64,000 nucleotides of DNA from Capsulimonadaceae bacterium (GTDB lineage Bacteria > Armatimonadota > Armatimonadia > Armatimonadales > Capsulimonadaceae): contig OZ244065.1 of NCBI GenBank assembly GCA_965215505.1, positions 4,896,001 to 4,960,000 of the forward strand, written 5' to 3'. The number at the start of each line of letters is the position of its first letter. Within the stretch, counting starts at the first letter, position 1. This document shows positions 47,503 to 57,231 of this stretch, piece by piece. The notes below the pieces were generated by a model that was given only the letters and a program-made list of their open reading frames with translations, was not told the DNA's origin and made no database searches. The position numbers and the translations under genes are program-made.

Positions 47503-48031
47503 TCCGCACACCCAGCCGAGCTTCTCGCTCTCCAACCGTCTGCGGCGCCTGAGCTGGGAAATCGTCTACACTATCCTGTTCCGGCCCTCACCCCGCCCCT
47601 GCCATGCCTGGCGCGCGTTCCTCCTGCGCTGCTACGGGGCACGCCTGGGGAAGCACTGCCATGTCTACCCACGGGTGACGATCTGGGCACCCTGGAACCT
47701 GATCCTGGACGACTATGCCGGCATGGCGGATGGGGTGATCTGCTACTCCGTGGCGACGGTCACGCTCGGCAAAAAGGTCGTCGTTTCGCAGGGAACGCAC
47801 CTCTGCACGGGTACTCACGACTACGAGGACCCTTCGTTCCAGCTATACGCCCTGCCGATCCATGTGGGTGACAATGCCTGGCTGTGTGCCGAGAGCTTCA
47901 TCGCGCCGGGCGTGACGATCGGCGAGGGGGCCGTCATCGGCGCGCGCGCGGTTGTAACAAAAGACATGCCCCCCTGGACGGTCTGCGCCGGCAGCCCTTG
48001 TAAGCCTCTCAAGCCGCGCGTACTGCGGTGA
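47477..48031 (+). CDS. WcaF-like hexapeptide-repeat acetyltransferase
   Basis: WRAFLLRCYGA, WAPWNL, LCTGTHDY and PGVTIGEGAVIGA motifs. Confidence 0.88.
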   Translation: MSAILREVNPHTQPSFSLSNRLRRLSWEIVYTILFRPSPRPCHAWRAFLLRCYGARLGKHCHVYPRVTIWAPWNLILDDYAGMADGVICYSVATVTLGKKVVVSQGTHLCTGTHDYEDPSFQLYALPIHVGDNAWLCAESFIAPGVTIGEGAVIGARAVVTKDMPPWTVCAGSPCKPLKPRVLR

Positions 48032-48091
48032 CCATCCTGACTGGCGGCGGACGCATCAAATCTTCGCTCAAATTTTCAATCAGGTGTTCAA

Positions 48092-48967
48092 ATGACAATC
48101 CCTGTTTCAGTGCTGGTCCTGACAAAGAACGAGCAGGACGACCTCCCAGGATGTTTGGATTCGGTTTCCTGGTCTGACGACATCCATGTCCTGGACTCTT
48201 ACTCAGACGACGACACTGTCTCCATCGCGCAGTCATACGGCGCGACGGTGGCTTACCGCAAGTTTGATTACTTCTCGGCACACCAGAACTGGGCCTTGCA
48301 GAACATCCCCTTCCGGCACCCCTGGGTCTTTTATATCGATGCGGACGAGCGCGTCACGGCGGAACTCGCGCAGGCGGTGGAACGCGCTGTCGCCGCCCCA
48401 GGCGATCAGGTGGCGTTCCGCATCCAGCGCCGCGATTTTTTTCTGGGCCGCTGGCTGAAGCATGTGCAAGCGTCACCGTTCTACTTGCGTTTGTTCCTGG
48501 CCGGGAAGATGCGCTACGAGCGGATGGGACACCCGCTGTCTGTGCCTGACGGACCGGTCGGGCAGATCCGGGGCTATCTGGACCACTTCCCGTTCAGCAA
48601 GGGCATGGCGCACTGGATCATCCGCCACGACAAATACAGCACGGAAGAAGCGCAGCAGATCATCAACAATCGCCTCAACAACGCCCGATTCAGCCCCCAC
48701 CTCGCGTTCTTCGGGAAAGGTTTCCATGCGCGGAGGTTTCACCAGAAGGAACTGTTCTACCGGCTTCCAGGCCGCCCTCTCGTCAAGTTCTTCCTGCTGT
48801 ATGGAATCAAGCGAGGGTTCCTCGATGGCACCCCTGGCTTGACCTACGCCATCCTCCAATCCATCTATGAGTACATGATCGTCCTCAAGACGCGTGAACT
48901 GGAGCGCAGTCTCCCCAAAGGCGGGGCCAGGGAAATCACACCCCCGGATGCTTTAGCAGCAGAGTAG
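48092..48967 (+). CDS. GT2 glycosyltransferase
   Basis: VLTKNE, LDSYSDDDT, IDADER and RGFLDG motifs. Confidence 0.9.
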   Translation: MTIPVSVLVLTKNEQDDLPGCLDSVSWSDDIHVLDSYSDDDTVSIAQSYGATVAYRKFDYFSAHQNWALQNIPFRHPWVFYIDADERVTAELAQAVERAVAAPGDQVAFRIQRRDFFLGRWLKHVQASPFYLRLFLAGKMRYERMGHPLSVPDGPVGQIRGYLDHFPFSKGMAHWIIRHDKYSTEEAQQIINNRLNNARFSPHLAFFGKGFHARRFHQKELFYRLPGRPLVKFFLLYGIKRGFLDGTPGLTYAILQSIYEYMIVLKTRELERSLPKGGAREITPPDALAAE

Positions 48968-49003
48968 GTCTTCCAGAAGTGGCCTCCAAGAGGAGGGCAG
49001 GCG

Positions 49004-49043
49004 CATGGGGCGGCCCTTCGGAAGTCTGAAGGGCCGCCCCATG
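49004..49043. terminator. Strong hairpin after the GT operon
   Basis: CATGGGGCGGCCCTTC/GAAGGGCCGCCCCATG 16-bp stem with no clear U tract. Confidence 0.55.
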
Positions 49044-49455
49044 GTGTGATAGTGAGCAATGGCAACAAAAAATCTAGCATAATAACGCTTCTCTGTCCCG
49101 TTATCGCCCGAGTCCGTGTTACAATGGACTGGACAATGGGTTTGAGGAGTGGCCCCTCTGTCGCCCCGCACATGCGCCACCCGCGTGAAACCCCGCATCA
49201 GCAACAGTGATGCGTTACCAGGATCTTCCGATAATTGGAACTGTTACCCCGCCTGGATGGATGAGGATCGTCGCTCCCAACTCCAGCGAGCAGATGTGTG
49301 GCAAAAACTTCACCACGGAAACTGGGTTTCATTCGGCTTCCTAGGACGAACACAGCCCGCTACGGGGATGGACGGTTCCCGCTGGACATCATCGTGGTGT
49401 CCCTGCAGCTCACCCCCACGCCTCACAGAGTCCACACGAAAGATCTACCAAAATC

Positions 49456-51840
49456 ATGTTGCAAAGCAATCAGCAAAGCAAACACCACAAACTTCTCCCA
49501 GCCCTGGCGCTGGTCATTCTTCAGCTCGCGGCGGCGCAGTGCGCTCGGGCCTCTGCCGATCCGGTGCTGCCGGTCCTCAACTGGCAGCAGCGCTCCGACT
49601 GGATCAACGTCAAAACGGGTGTGCAGCCGGCGGCCGTCGGCGACGGAGTCCATGACGATACGACCGCCATCCAGGCGGCACTGAACCGGCTGGACGACAA
49701 CTACGTCAGCCACACGAAGACCGTCTACTTCCCGCCGGGGACATACCGCATCACGAAGACGCTCACCCTCACGAAGGTCCAAGGCGCGATGCTCGTGGGC
49801 AGCGGCCAGACGACACGCATCGTCTGGGGCGGCCCATTAAACCAGACGATGTTCTGGTCCAACGGCGTGACCTACTCGCGCTACATCGGCCTCACCTGGG
49901 ACGGTGCCAACAAGGCCGCGGTCGGCGTGGATCATGCCTCTAAGTCGTACTACGAAACCCGCATCCGCCACCAAGACGAGGCTTTTCTCAACTTCCGTAC
50001 CGCCGGCATCCGCACCGGCTACAACCAGGTGGCGCCGACGGCGGAGGTGATGTTCCGGAATTGCCTCTTCCAAAAGTGCTACAATGGTGTCGCCTGCCTA
50101 CAATGGAATGACTATGATAACGATTTCGAGGGGTGCGACTTCCGAAATTGCGGCATCTCCATCAACTGCCAGGCCGGCGAGGTCTATGTCCGCGATAGTC
50201 ATTTCGAGCGGAGCAGTACCGTAGACATCTACTTGAACTCTCACGTCCACTCGGTCCGGCGCTGTACCTCCGTCGGGTCAAACCAGTTCCTCACTGTCCC
50301 GCTCGCTCAGAACTCCGACATCATCACGGTCCAGGACTGCCATGTGGACGGGTGGACGGGGGCGCAGGGCGCGATTTCACTGGGCATGCGCGGACCGACG
50401 ACCATCTTCGACTGCTCCTTTACCCACGCACCGGACGCAGGCCCCGCGATTCGTCTGACTAATTGGCGTACCGTGTCGCAGTCAGTGATCCTCTCGAACA
50501 ATATGGCACCCGGCTCCAGCACTCTGATAGATCCCGGCCTCAACTCTCAGATCGCGCAGATACCCGCTGGGGCGCGGGGGCCGAGCCTCAGTGACCCCAC
50601 GCAAAGCCTGTTCACAAGCAACGAAACTGTGCCTTCCACCGTTCTGGATGTCAAAACCGGGTTCGGGGCGACGGGCAATGGCATCACCGACGATACACAG
50701 GCGATCCTGAGTGCGATTCGGGCGGCGTCGGCTCTAGGCGGGCATCCGCTCGTTTACCTCCCGCCGGGCGTATACATCGTGTCCGCGACCCTTCCCCTGA
50801 CGGGCGGTTACGGCATCGGCGGGTCGGGATTCAAGACGATCGTTCACTGGAGCGGCAGCCCCTCGGCGGGTCCTGTGTTCTCCGTGCGTGACCCGCAGAA
50901 CGCTCTACTGGAGCAGATGCAGATTGATGCCCCCGATCCCGTCGCCTGCGTCCAGCAGACGAGCGCCAGCACAGCCCCCTCGGACATGACCTACGACGGC
51001 GTCTATGTGGGTGGCTCCTTTCTGGGCCTGGTACCGCCAGGCGGGTACGGTGTGGGCGGCACTCCGCGTGTCAACCGCGGCCTGGAATGTATCGCCCTGT
51101 CCGGCTCTGCGACGGTTCATCTGACGCATTGGGACGGTTCAGCCCACTTCACCAACTGCTCACGCGCCACCATCCTCCAAGACTTCGGCTCGGACGGCGT
51201 CCTTCAGGTGGATGGGTCGCAGTCGGAAAAGAGTGGATTTCTTGGAATACTGATGAAGGCCAACTCCGGAAACCCGTGCGACATCGTCGTCCGGGACAAC
51301 CAGGACCTAGTGGCCGCCGACATGTATACTGAGTCCACAACGTCCTTCCTGTCCGTCTCCGGTGACGGCGGTTACCCAGGACACCCAGGGCATGTGACTG
51401 TTCAGGGAACCGAGTGTAACACTAGTAGCCCTCAGGCAGTGACTGTCAACGATTATGAGGGGCGGGTGACGCTGACGGGGATGCAGTTTACACACACCTT
51501 CCAGGCAGGCCACATATTCGCGCGGGTTGGTACGCGCCCGGCCGACCTCGTGCTGCTGGGAGACATGTTCTGGATAGATGATCCCAGTGTCACTGTCGCA
51601 GCCGGTTTCAGCCTCTTGGCCGCACAGAATATCGTCGTCAACGATCCGAACAACAGCCCGACTCATGTCGTCCCCAACCAGATCACCGGCTTCAGCTCTG
51701 CAGCGACAGCAACACTGCTGCAAGGGGGATTGACGGCGGCGGCCGTACCAGGTTCGGGAGGGGCGCTGGCCGATGCCGCCGCCGCCCTGGATGATTTCCG
51801 CCAGCTGGGAGAGGTGGACTTGGCAATCAACCATCCGTAG
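49456..51840 (+). CDS. Secreted tandem pectate-lyase-superfamily beta-helix protein
   Basis: Signal peptide; two repeats of (A)xGDGxxDDTxAI...VYxPPGxY. Confidence 0.85.
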   Translation: MLQSNQQSKHHKLLPALALVILQLAAAQCARASADPVLPVLNWQQRSDWINVKTGVQPAAVGDGVHDDTTAIQAALNRLDDNYVSHTKTVYFPPGTYRITKTLTLTKVQGAMLVGSGQTTRIVWGGPLNQTMFWSNGVTYSRYIGLTWDGANKAAVGVDHASKSYYETRIRHQDEAFLNFRTAGIRTGYNQVAPTAEVMFRNCLFQKCYNGVACLQWNDYDNDFEGCDFRNCGISINCQAGEVYVRDSHFERSSTVDIYLNSHVHSVRRCTSVGSNQFLTVPLAQNSDIITVQDCHVDGWTGAQGAISLGMRGPTTIFDCSFTHAPDAGPAIRLTNWRTVSQSVILSNNMAPGSSTLIDPGLNSQIAQIPAGARGPSLSDPTQSLFTSNETVPSTVLDVKTGFGATGNGITDDTQAILSAIRAASALGGHPLVYLPPGVYIVSATLPLTGGYGIGGSGFKTIVHWSGSPSAGPVFSVRDPQNALLEQMQIDAPDPVACVQQTSASTAPSDMTYDGVYVGGSFLGLVPPGGYGVGGTPRVNRGLECIALSGSATVHLTHWDGSAHFTNCSRATILQDFGSDGVLQVDGSQSEKSGFLGILMKANSGNPCDIVVRDNQDLVAADMYTESTTSFLSVSGDGGYPGHPGHVTVQGTECNTSSPQAVTVNDYEGRVTLTGMQFTHTFQAGHIFARVGTRPADLVLLGDMFWIDDPSVTVAAGFSLLAAQNIVVNDPNNSPTHVVPNQITGFSSAATATLLQGGLTAAAVPGSGGALADAAAALDDFRQLGEVDLAINHP

Positions 51841-51879
51841 AAGATCATGCAAAATATCTTCGCGGTGCGATCTCCTCGA

Positions 51880-51910
51880 CACCCCAGCCTTGCGGCTGGG
51901 GTGCTTCTTT
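51880..51910 (+). terminator. Intrinsic terminator
   Basis: CACCCCAGCC-TTGC-GGCTGGGGTG followed by CTTCTTT. Confidence 0.75.
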
Positions 51911-51943
51911 GCCGGCCCTTTCCCCTTACCGGCGTTGGCGACG

Positions 51944-53155
51944 TCACCGCTTGACCTGAGAAGTCCCTCTCGCCATGTTCGCCCGAAGCCGCAGGAACGG
52001 CCGTTCAAAAAGAAGGTAGAAGAGGAAACTCACGCCGCAGATCACCGGGACGCCGATCGTCAACAGAAGAAGCGTGAGATGGTTGGCATTAAGGCGGTGA
52101 TGCGCCAGTGCGATCATAATGGCAAGCATCGGCCCGTGTATGAGGTAGAGGCTGTAGGAAAACATCCCGATCCCTACTAGAAGGCGTGATTCGAGCAGGC
52201 GCAGGATCAGGGGAACTGATTTGACATCCTGCTGTGTACGGAACAGAGTACAATAGACCAACACGACGGAGGTCAGCAGACCCATCAGCAGGTCGATCGG
52301 CCAGGGCCGGTCGTCGATTACATGTTTGGTGTCAAAGGCCAAAAAGCCTAACAGAGCGAGGGCGAGTCCGAGCGAGACGATGCCCCACGGGAAACGCCGT
52401 AGCCATGCCTGCGGCCGGCGCGGGAAATTGATGCCGGCAGCAACCATCCCTAACGCGAAGAGGCCGAGGAGCCATGTACGTGCGCTCTCTGCCATCTCGA
52501 AGTGAAGGAACCATGGAAGCAGGCCGATGGCCCACGCACATGCAAGCAACGGCGCAGGCCCCCATCGCTTCCAGAGGGGGAGTAGAAGCGGTGGCAGGAA
52601 GAAGTATATCTGCCATTCGGTGGCGACGCTCCACATGGAAGCGTCGAGCCTGTACGTCCATGAGGGGCTGAGGTTATGAACCAGAATCAGGTGGGAGATG
52701 ATTGATCCAGGCGTCAAGTCAGACGCTTTGGACGTGGACATCATGCCCCCATGGCCGCCGATATGTTGAGAAGCCCAGAGCATTGCCACGGAAATCCCGA
52801 GGGCGGCGTAGTAGGGGGGCAGTATCCTCCAGGCACGGCGTCTGAGGAAGGTCCTGGCTCCGCCAGAAAGTTCAACGTCGGCAGACCGCACGATCGGCAA
52901 CATCAAGCAGTAACCGGAGAGTACGATGAAGACATCCACGGCGAGTTCGCCGAACGCAAACAGGTAAAAGCCGACCGGGAATGTGCCGGTGTCGATCAGC
53001 ACTTTCGTGCCGAGGTGAAAAAGTAGCACATATAACGCCGCCATCCCCCGCAGCCCGTCCAGATAGCTGAGATGCAGCCGAGGCTTAGACATGGGGCGGC
53101 TCCCTGTAGCGCCTGGCGACGGCACGGCGGTATCGGCCTCCGGGGTTGTTTTCAT
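51944..53155 (-). CDS. Acyltransferase family 3, paralog of 40892
   Basis: LDGLRGMA, FIVLSGY, RILPPYY, WSVATEWQIY and SYSLYLIH motifs; GGAG RBS. Confidence 0.9.
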   Translation of the reverse strand: MKTTPEADTAVPSPGATGSRPMSKPRLHLSYLDGLRGMAALYVLLFHLGTKVLIDTGTFPVGFYLFAFGELAVDVFIVLSGYCLMLPIVRSADVELSGGARTFLRRRAWRILPPYYAALGISVAMLWASQHIGGHGGMMSTSKASDLTPGSIISHLILVHNLSPSWTYRLDASMWSVATEWQIYFFLPPLLLPLWKRWGPAPLLACAWAIGLLPWFLHFEMAESARTWLLGLFALGMVAAGINFPRRPQAWLRRFPWGIVSLGLALALLGFLAFDTKHVIDDRPWPIDLLMGLLTSVVLVYCTLFRTQQDVKSVPLILRLLESRLLVGIGMFSYSLYLIHGPMLAIMIALAHHRLNANHLTLLLLTIGVPVICGVSFLFYLLFERPFLRLRANMARGTSQVKR

Positions 53156-53214
53156 CGTGAGACATTCTCCGTTCAAAGGGAAGAGCTTTCCTGATCCCGT
53201 CTGCCAGTTCACTC

Positions 53215-53230
53215 TGCAAAATCCATGCCA
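53215..53230 (-). promoter_or_regulatory. Sigma54 promoter of the acyltransferase
   Basis: TGGCATGGATTTTGCA on the minus strand. Confidence 0.75.
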
Positions 53231-53268
53231 TGTCGTGCTTCTTCAGAAGGATTCATATAATATCACAA

Positions 53269-54544
53269 TTCAGTACCGTACACTTTTCGCATGAGTCTTA
53301 CTGACGGCGGCTGAGGTTGCCGCCTGGGGTATTCTTTGTTCCTACCACAGACCAAAGAAAGGCTCCCCATGAGCGACAACCTCAAGCGCTATTGTGCCAC
53401 ACTCCGTCACCTAAAGCAACTGTATCCGGAGGAGCCGACGGGCAATCTGGCCCGCCACCTCTGTACCCTGGCCGCCCTGGTCAGCGGCATCGTCGGCAGC
53501 AGGAGTTGCCACCTGCCGCAGATCGCCAGGAAGGTGCCCGACGGCAGCAAACACGAGAGCCGCAGCAAGCGCTTCGCCCGGTTCCTGCAAAACAAGAGCG
53601 TCACGCCGGAGACGTTCTTCCTGCCTTACGCCCAGGTACTCGCCGAGAGCCTGCCGCCTGGTCCGCTCGTGCTCATCATGGACGGCAGCCAGGTCGGGCG
53701 CGGGTGCATGGCCTTGATGCTCAGTGTGCTATACGAACACAGAGGCCCGCAAGGCGACCGGAAGCGGGGCTTCGAGAAGATGCGGGCCTTGCCCCTGTGC
53801 TGGCTGGTCGTCCGGGCCAGGAAAGGCCACTTCTCGCAGGAGCGCCATCAAGAACTGCTGGCCCAGGCCAAGCAGATCCTTCCGCCACACCGGGCGGTGA
53901 TCTTCCTGGGCGACGGCGAGTTCGACGGGCCGAGCCTGCTGGCGGATGTCTCGGCAGCCGGGTGGCGCTACGTCTGCCGCACGGCCAGGAACGTGCTCCT
54001 CTCGGAAGCCGACTGGCCCGACGAGACGTTCACGCTCTCGCAGATGATGGCCGACGGCGGCCTCAGACCCGGCGACTGCGTAGAGTTGACCGATCTTCTG
54101 TTCAGCGCTCAGGGCCTGGGGCCGGTCTTAATGGGCGCGGTGTGGGAGCCGGATCAGGACGAGCCGCTGCTGCTGGTGACCAACCTTGAGTTCCTGCATG
54201 AAGCCCGCTTCTGGTACAAGAAGCGCTTCGGCATCGAGACGCTGTTCTCCGATCTGAAGAGCCGGGGCTTCCACCTGGGCCACAGCCATCTGAGTGATCC
54301 GCCGCGCCTCTGCCGGCTGCTGATCGCTACTTGTTTGGCCTACTACTGGATGGTCTGTCTGGGCGTCGAGGTCCTGCGGCGCGGCTGGCAGAAGATCACT
54401 CACCGCGCCGACCGGTGCGACCTGAGCCTGTTCCAGATCGGCTTGACTTGGCTAGAACACTGCCTGGATGAAGGGCGTACTGTTCCCGTCAGGCTACAAG
54501 TGCGGGCAGCAAGTGAGACTTGAAGAAAGATGTACGGTAGTGAA
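53269..54544 (+). mobile_element. IS4-family insertion sequence (about 1276 bp)
   Basis: IRs TTCAGTACCGTACACTTTT and (reverse complement) TTCACTACCGTACATCTTT; 9-bp direct repeat ATATCACAA at 53260-53268 and 54545-54553. Confidence 0.88.
53369..54523 (+). CDS. IS4-family DDE transposase
   Basis: LIMDGS, LGDGEF and YKKRFGIETLFSDLK (YREK signature). Confidence 0.9.
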   Translation: MSDNLKRYCATLRHLKQLYPEEPTGNLARHLCTLAALVSGIVGSRSCHLPQIARKVPDGSKHESRSKRFARFLQNKSVTPETFFLPYAQVLAESLPPGPLVLIMDGSQVGRGCMALMLSVLYEHRGPQGDRKRGFEKMRALPLCWLVVRARKGHFSQERHQELLAQAKQILPPHRAVIFLGDGEFDGPSLLADVSAAGWRYVCRTARNVLLSEADWPDETFTLSQMMADGGLRPGDCVELTDLLFSAQGLGPVLMGAVWEPDQDEPLLLVTNLEFLHEARFWYKKRFGIETLFSDLKSRGFHLGHSHLSDPPRLCRLLIATCLAYYWMVCLGVEVLRRGWQKITHRADRCDLSLFQIGLTWLEHCLDEGRTVPVRLQVRAASET

Positions 54545-54674
54545 ATATCACAAAAACTGGAAAACCTGAATGCCTCGTAGGGTGGCAATGAGGCTCCGTG
54601 AACCATGCAGCACACGCGCTGCTTTAGAAGAGTTTTATGTCATATTCAACACACGCCTTCTGGAGAACCCCCCC

Positions 54675-55433
54675 ATGATCCTCAAAGACGACGAGACTAT
54701 AGACCTGCCCACGCCGAGCGGCCCGATGCGGACCCATGTGTTCCGCCCGGCCGCGCCGGGGCGCTACCCCGGCTTGGTCCTGTTCTCGGAGATCTTCCAG
54801 GTGACCGGGCCGATCCGCCGGACCGCCGTCCAGCTCGCGGGCGGCGGGTATGTCGTCGCCGTCCCCGAGATCTATCACGACCTGGAACCCGCCGGGACCG
54901 TCCTGCCCTACGACGCGGCGGGCGCGGACCGGGGCAACGCGCACAAGACCACCAAAAAACTGGCCGGCTATGACGCCGACGCCCGCGCTGCCCTGGACTC
55001 CCTGAAGGCCGATCCGCACTGCACCGGCGGCCTGGGCGTCATGGGCATCTGCATCGGCGGGCATCTGGCCTTGCGGGCGGCCCTGAACCCGGACGTCCGC
55101 GCCGCCGCCTGCTTCTATGCGACGGACATCCACACGCGCAGCCTGGGCTTTGGCATGCGCGACGACACGCTGGACCGCATGGCCGAGGCGAAGGGCGAGA
55201 TGCTGATGGTCTGGGGCCGGCAGGACCCCCACGTCCCGCGCGAGGGGCGGCGGCTGATCTATGACGCCATGGACGACGCCGGCCTCCTCTTGCAGTGGCA
55301 CGAGTTCAACGCCGCCCATGCGTTCCTCCGCGACGAAGGCCCGCGCTATGACCCCGCCGTCGCGCGCCTCTGCTACGGAATGGCGTTGGAACTGTTCGGA
55401 CGCCGGCTAGGGGAGGGCGAAGCGCCGCAATAA
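54675..55433 (+). CDS. Dienelactone hydrolase family protein
   Basis: SEIFQVT, GICIGG nucleophile elbow, QDPHVP and HAF motifs. Confidence 0.9.
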   Translation: MILKDDETIDLPTPSGPMRTHVFRPAAPGRYPGLVLFSEIFQVTGPIRRTAVQLAGGGYVVAVPEIYHDLEPAGTVLPYDAAGADRGNAHKTTKKLAGYDADARAALDSLKADPHCTGGLGVMGICIGGHLALRAALNPDVRAAACFYATDIHTRSLGFGMRDDTLDRMAEAKGEMLMVWGRQDPHVPREGRRLIYDAMDDAGLLLQWHEFNAAHAFLRDEGPRYDPAVARLCYGMALELFGRRLGEGEAPQ

Positions 55434-55501
55434 GGACGTCCGGCAATGGGGTGTTTTCGGGTATACTACGGCCTGGTACACTTTGAACGAGATACAAACA
55501 C

Positions 55502-55717
55502 ATGCTCGACCCGAAATGGACTCTGATGCTGGGCCTGCCGATCATCGCCGCCCTGCTGGTGCTGGCCGGGCGGCGGACGCGCGCCCTGGTCCTCCGCATC
55601 CGCGAGGTGCGCGAGGAGATGGCGCGCAGCCCGCAGGACCCGTACCGGGCGCTGGCGATGCTGATGGACGAGAAGGCGACGGACAAGAAGGCGAAGAAGC
55701 ACGCAGGGAGGCCCTGA
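55502..55717 (+). CDS. Small membrane protein co-transcribed with lexA
   Basis: N-terminal TM helix; TGATG overlap with the lexA start. Confidence 0.65.
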   Translation: MLDPKWTLMLGLPIIAALLVLAGRRTRALVLRIREVREEMARSPQDPYRALAMLMDEKATDKKAKKHAGRP

Positions 55718-56373
55718 TGGCCAAAGGACTGACGGACAGACAGCAGGAAGTCTTCAACTTCATCGTCTCCTACATCGAGGAGAAGGGCTACCCGCCGACG
55801 ATCCGCGAGATGCAGCTCGGCCTGACGATCGGCTCTCTGCGCGGCGTCACGATCCACCTGGACGCCCTGCAAAAGAAGGGCTACATCGAGCGTCAGTCCT
55901 CCAAAGACGGCCCGCGACACGCGCGGGGCATCCAGATCCTCGCCCACCTGGAGCCGCGCTCGCTCGACGAGATCGCCGGTCTGCGCCGCCTGCCGCTCAT
56001 CGGCACCATCGCGGCGGGGACGCCGCTGCTGGCGAACCAGAACATTGAGGACTTCGTCGCCGTCCCCAACCAGCTCCTCCGCACCAACGCCCCCGACTGC
56101 TTCCTGCTCCGCGTCCAGGGCGAGAGCATGACCGGCGCCCACATCCTCCCCGGCGACCTGGTCATCATCCAGCCCCAGGCGACGGCGGAGAACGGCGACA
56201 TCGTCGCCGTGCGCCTGGGCGAGGAGGCGACGGTCAAAAAGTTCGCGCGCCACGGCAACCGGATCGAGCTGCAAGCGCAGAACCCAAACTACGCCCCCAT
56301 CCCCCTGCGGAAAGCCGACAACGCCGCCATCATCGGCAAGGTGATCGGCCTCCTGCGCGGGTACTCCGGGTAG
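55717..56373 (+). CDS. lexA: SOS repressor LexA
   Basis: LTDRQQEV...GYPPTIRE winged HTH; IAAG cleavage site; GESM Ser; TVKK Lys. Confidence 0.93.
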   Translation: MAKGLTDRQQEVFNFIVSYIEEKGYPPTIREMQLGLTIGSLRGVTIHLDALQKKGYIERQSSKDGPRHARGIQILAHLEPRSLDEIAGLRRLPLIGTIAAGTPLLANQNIEDFVAVPNQLLRTNAPDCFLLRVQGESMTGAHILPGDLVIIQPQATAENGDIVAVRLGEEATVKKFARHGNRIELQAQNPNYAPIPLRKADNAAIIGKVIGLLRGYSG

Positions 56374-56375
56374 CC

Positions 56376-56771
56376 ATGCGGCGAACCGTCATTCCCCTGG
56401 CGCTGGCCGCCCTGCTCGTCGGCTGCTCTCGCACGGCCCCACCCCTGCTCCCGCCGCGTCAGACGGCCGGCGACACGATAATCATGCTGACCTCCGGTGC
56501 ATCCGCCCACACGGGCGACAACACGCTGGGCGTGAACTTAGCCGACGCCGCGACGGGGGCACCGGTCGGGAACGCCAACATCACCGCCACGCCGGAGATG
56601 CTCTCGCCCCGCCTGCCGGGGTCCAGCACGACGGGGCGGGCGCAGGGCAATGGGTTCTACACCATCCCCGTCCGGCTGGGGGTGGCGTCCAAATACAGCA
56701 TCACCCTGAAGATCGAGCGGCCCGGCAAGGCGACGGTGGAAGCCGCGTTCCAAGTCGAGGCATCACAATAA
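56376..56771 (+). CDS. Lipoprotein with a YtkA/FixH-like Ig fold
   Basis: LVGC lipobox; TGDNTLGV...PEM...GNGFY pattern. Confidence 0.7.
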   Translation: MRRTVIPLALAALLVGCSRTAPPLLPPRQTAGDTIIMLTSGASAHTGDNTLGVNLADAATGAPVGNANITATPEMLSPRLPGSSTTGRAQGNGFYTIPVRLGVASKYSITLKIERPGKATVEAAFQVEASQ

Positions 56772-56789
56772 ACGACGGGAGAATACAAA

Positions 56790-57194
56790 ATGGTCGAGAT
56801 CGAGACGCGGTATGACGGCGGCAAGAAGTGTTCGCTGCGGCATCAGGAGGGCGCGACACTCCAGACGGACGCCCCCAAGGACATCGGCGGCGATGCCTCC
56901 GCCTTCAGCCCGACCGACCTGGTCGCGGCGGCCCTCGCCGCGTGCGTGCTGACCACGGTCGCGATGTTCGCCGAGCGTCACGCGCTGGACCTGACCGGGA
57001 TAACAGCGCACGTCGGCAAGGAGATGACGGCCGCCCCGCGCCGCATCGGCCACCTCCCGCTGACGGTGCATCTGCCCGCGTCGGTCGCCGCAGAGATGCG
57101 CCCGATTTTGGAGCGTGTTGCTCATACCTGCCCGGTCCATGCCAGCCTGCACCCGGACGTGGACGCGCCCATCGAGTTCCTTTACGACCTCTGA
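56790..57194 (+). CDS. OsmC-family protein
   Basis: TDAPKDIGG, FSPTDLVAAALAAC and CPVHASL motifs. Confidence 0.88.
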   Translation: MVEIETRYDGGKKCSLRHQEGATLQTDAPKDIGGDASAFSPTDLVAAALAACVLTTVAMFAERHALDLTGITAHVGKEMTAAPRRIGHLPLTVHLPASVAAEMRPILERVAHTCPVHASLHPDVDAPIEFLYDL

Positions 57195-57197
57195 CGC

Positions 57198-57227
57198 CAG
57201 TGGCCTCGCCAAATGGCGAGGCCGCTG
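57198..57227. terminator. Hairpin between convergent genes
   Basis: CAGTGGCCTCGCCA/TGGCGAGGCCGCTG. Confidence 0.6.
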
Positions 57228-57231
57228 ACGT

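Noticed and set aside
49061-49320. TGGCAA words upstream of the beta-helix gene as sigma54 promoters
   Set aside because: No TGC at the required -12 spacing.
53734-53781. Apparent extra segment EHRGPQGDRKRGFEKM in the IS4 transposase
   Set aside because: It is in frame with no repeat or structure at its edges, and I cannot establish it as an insertion without an alignment.
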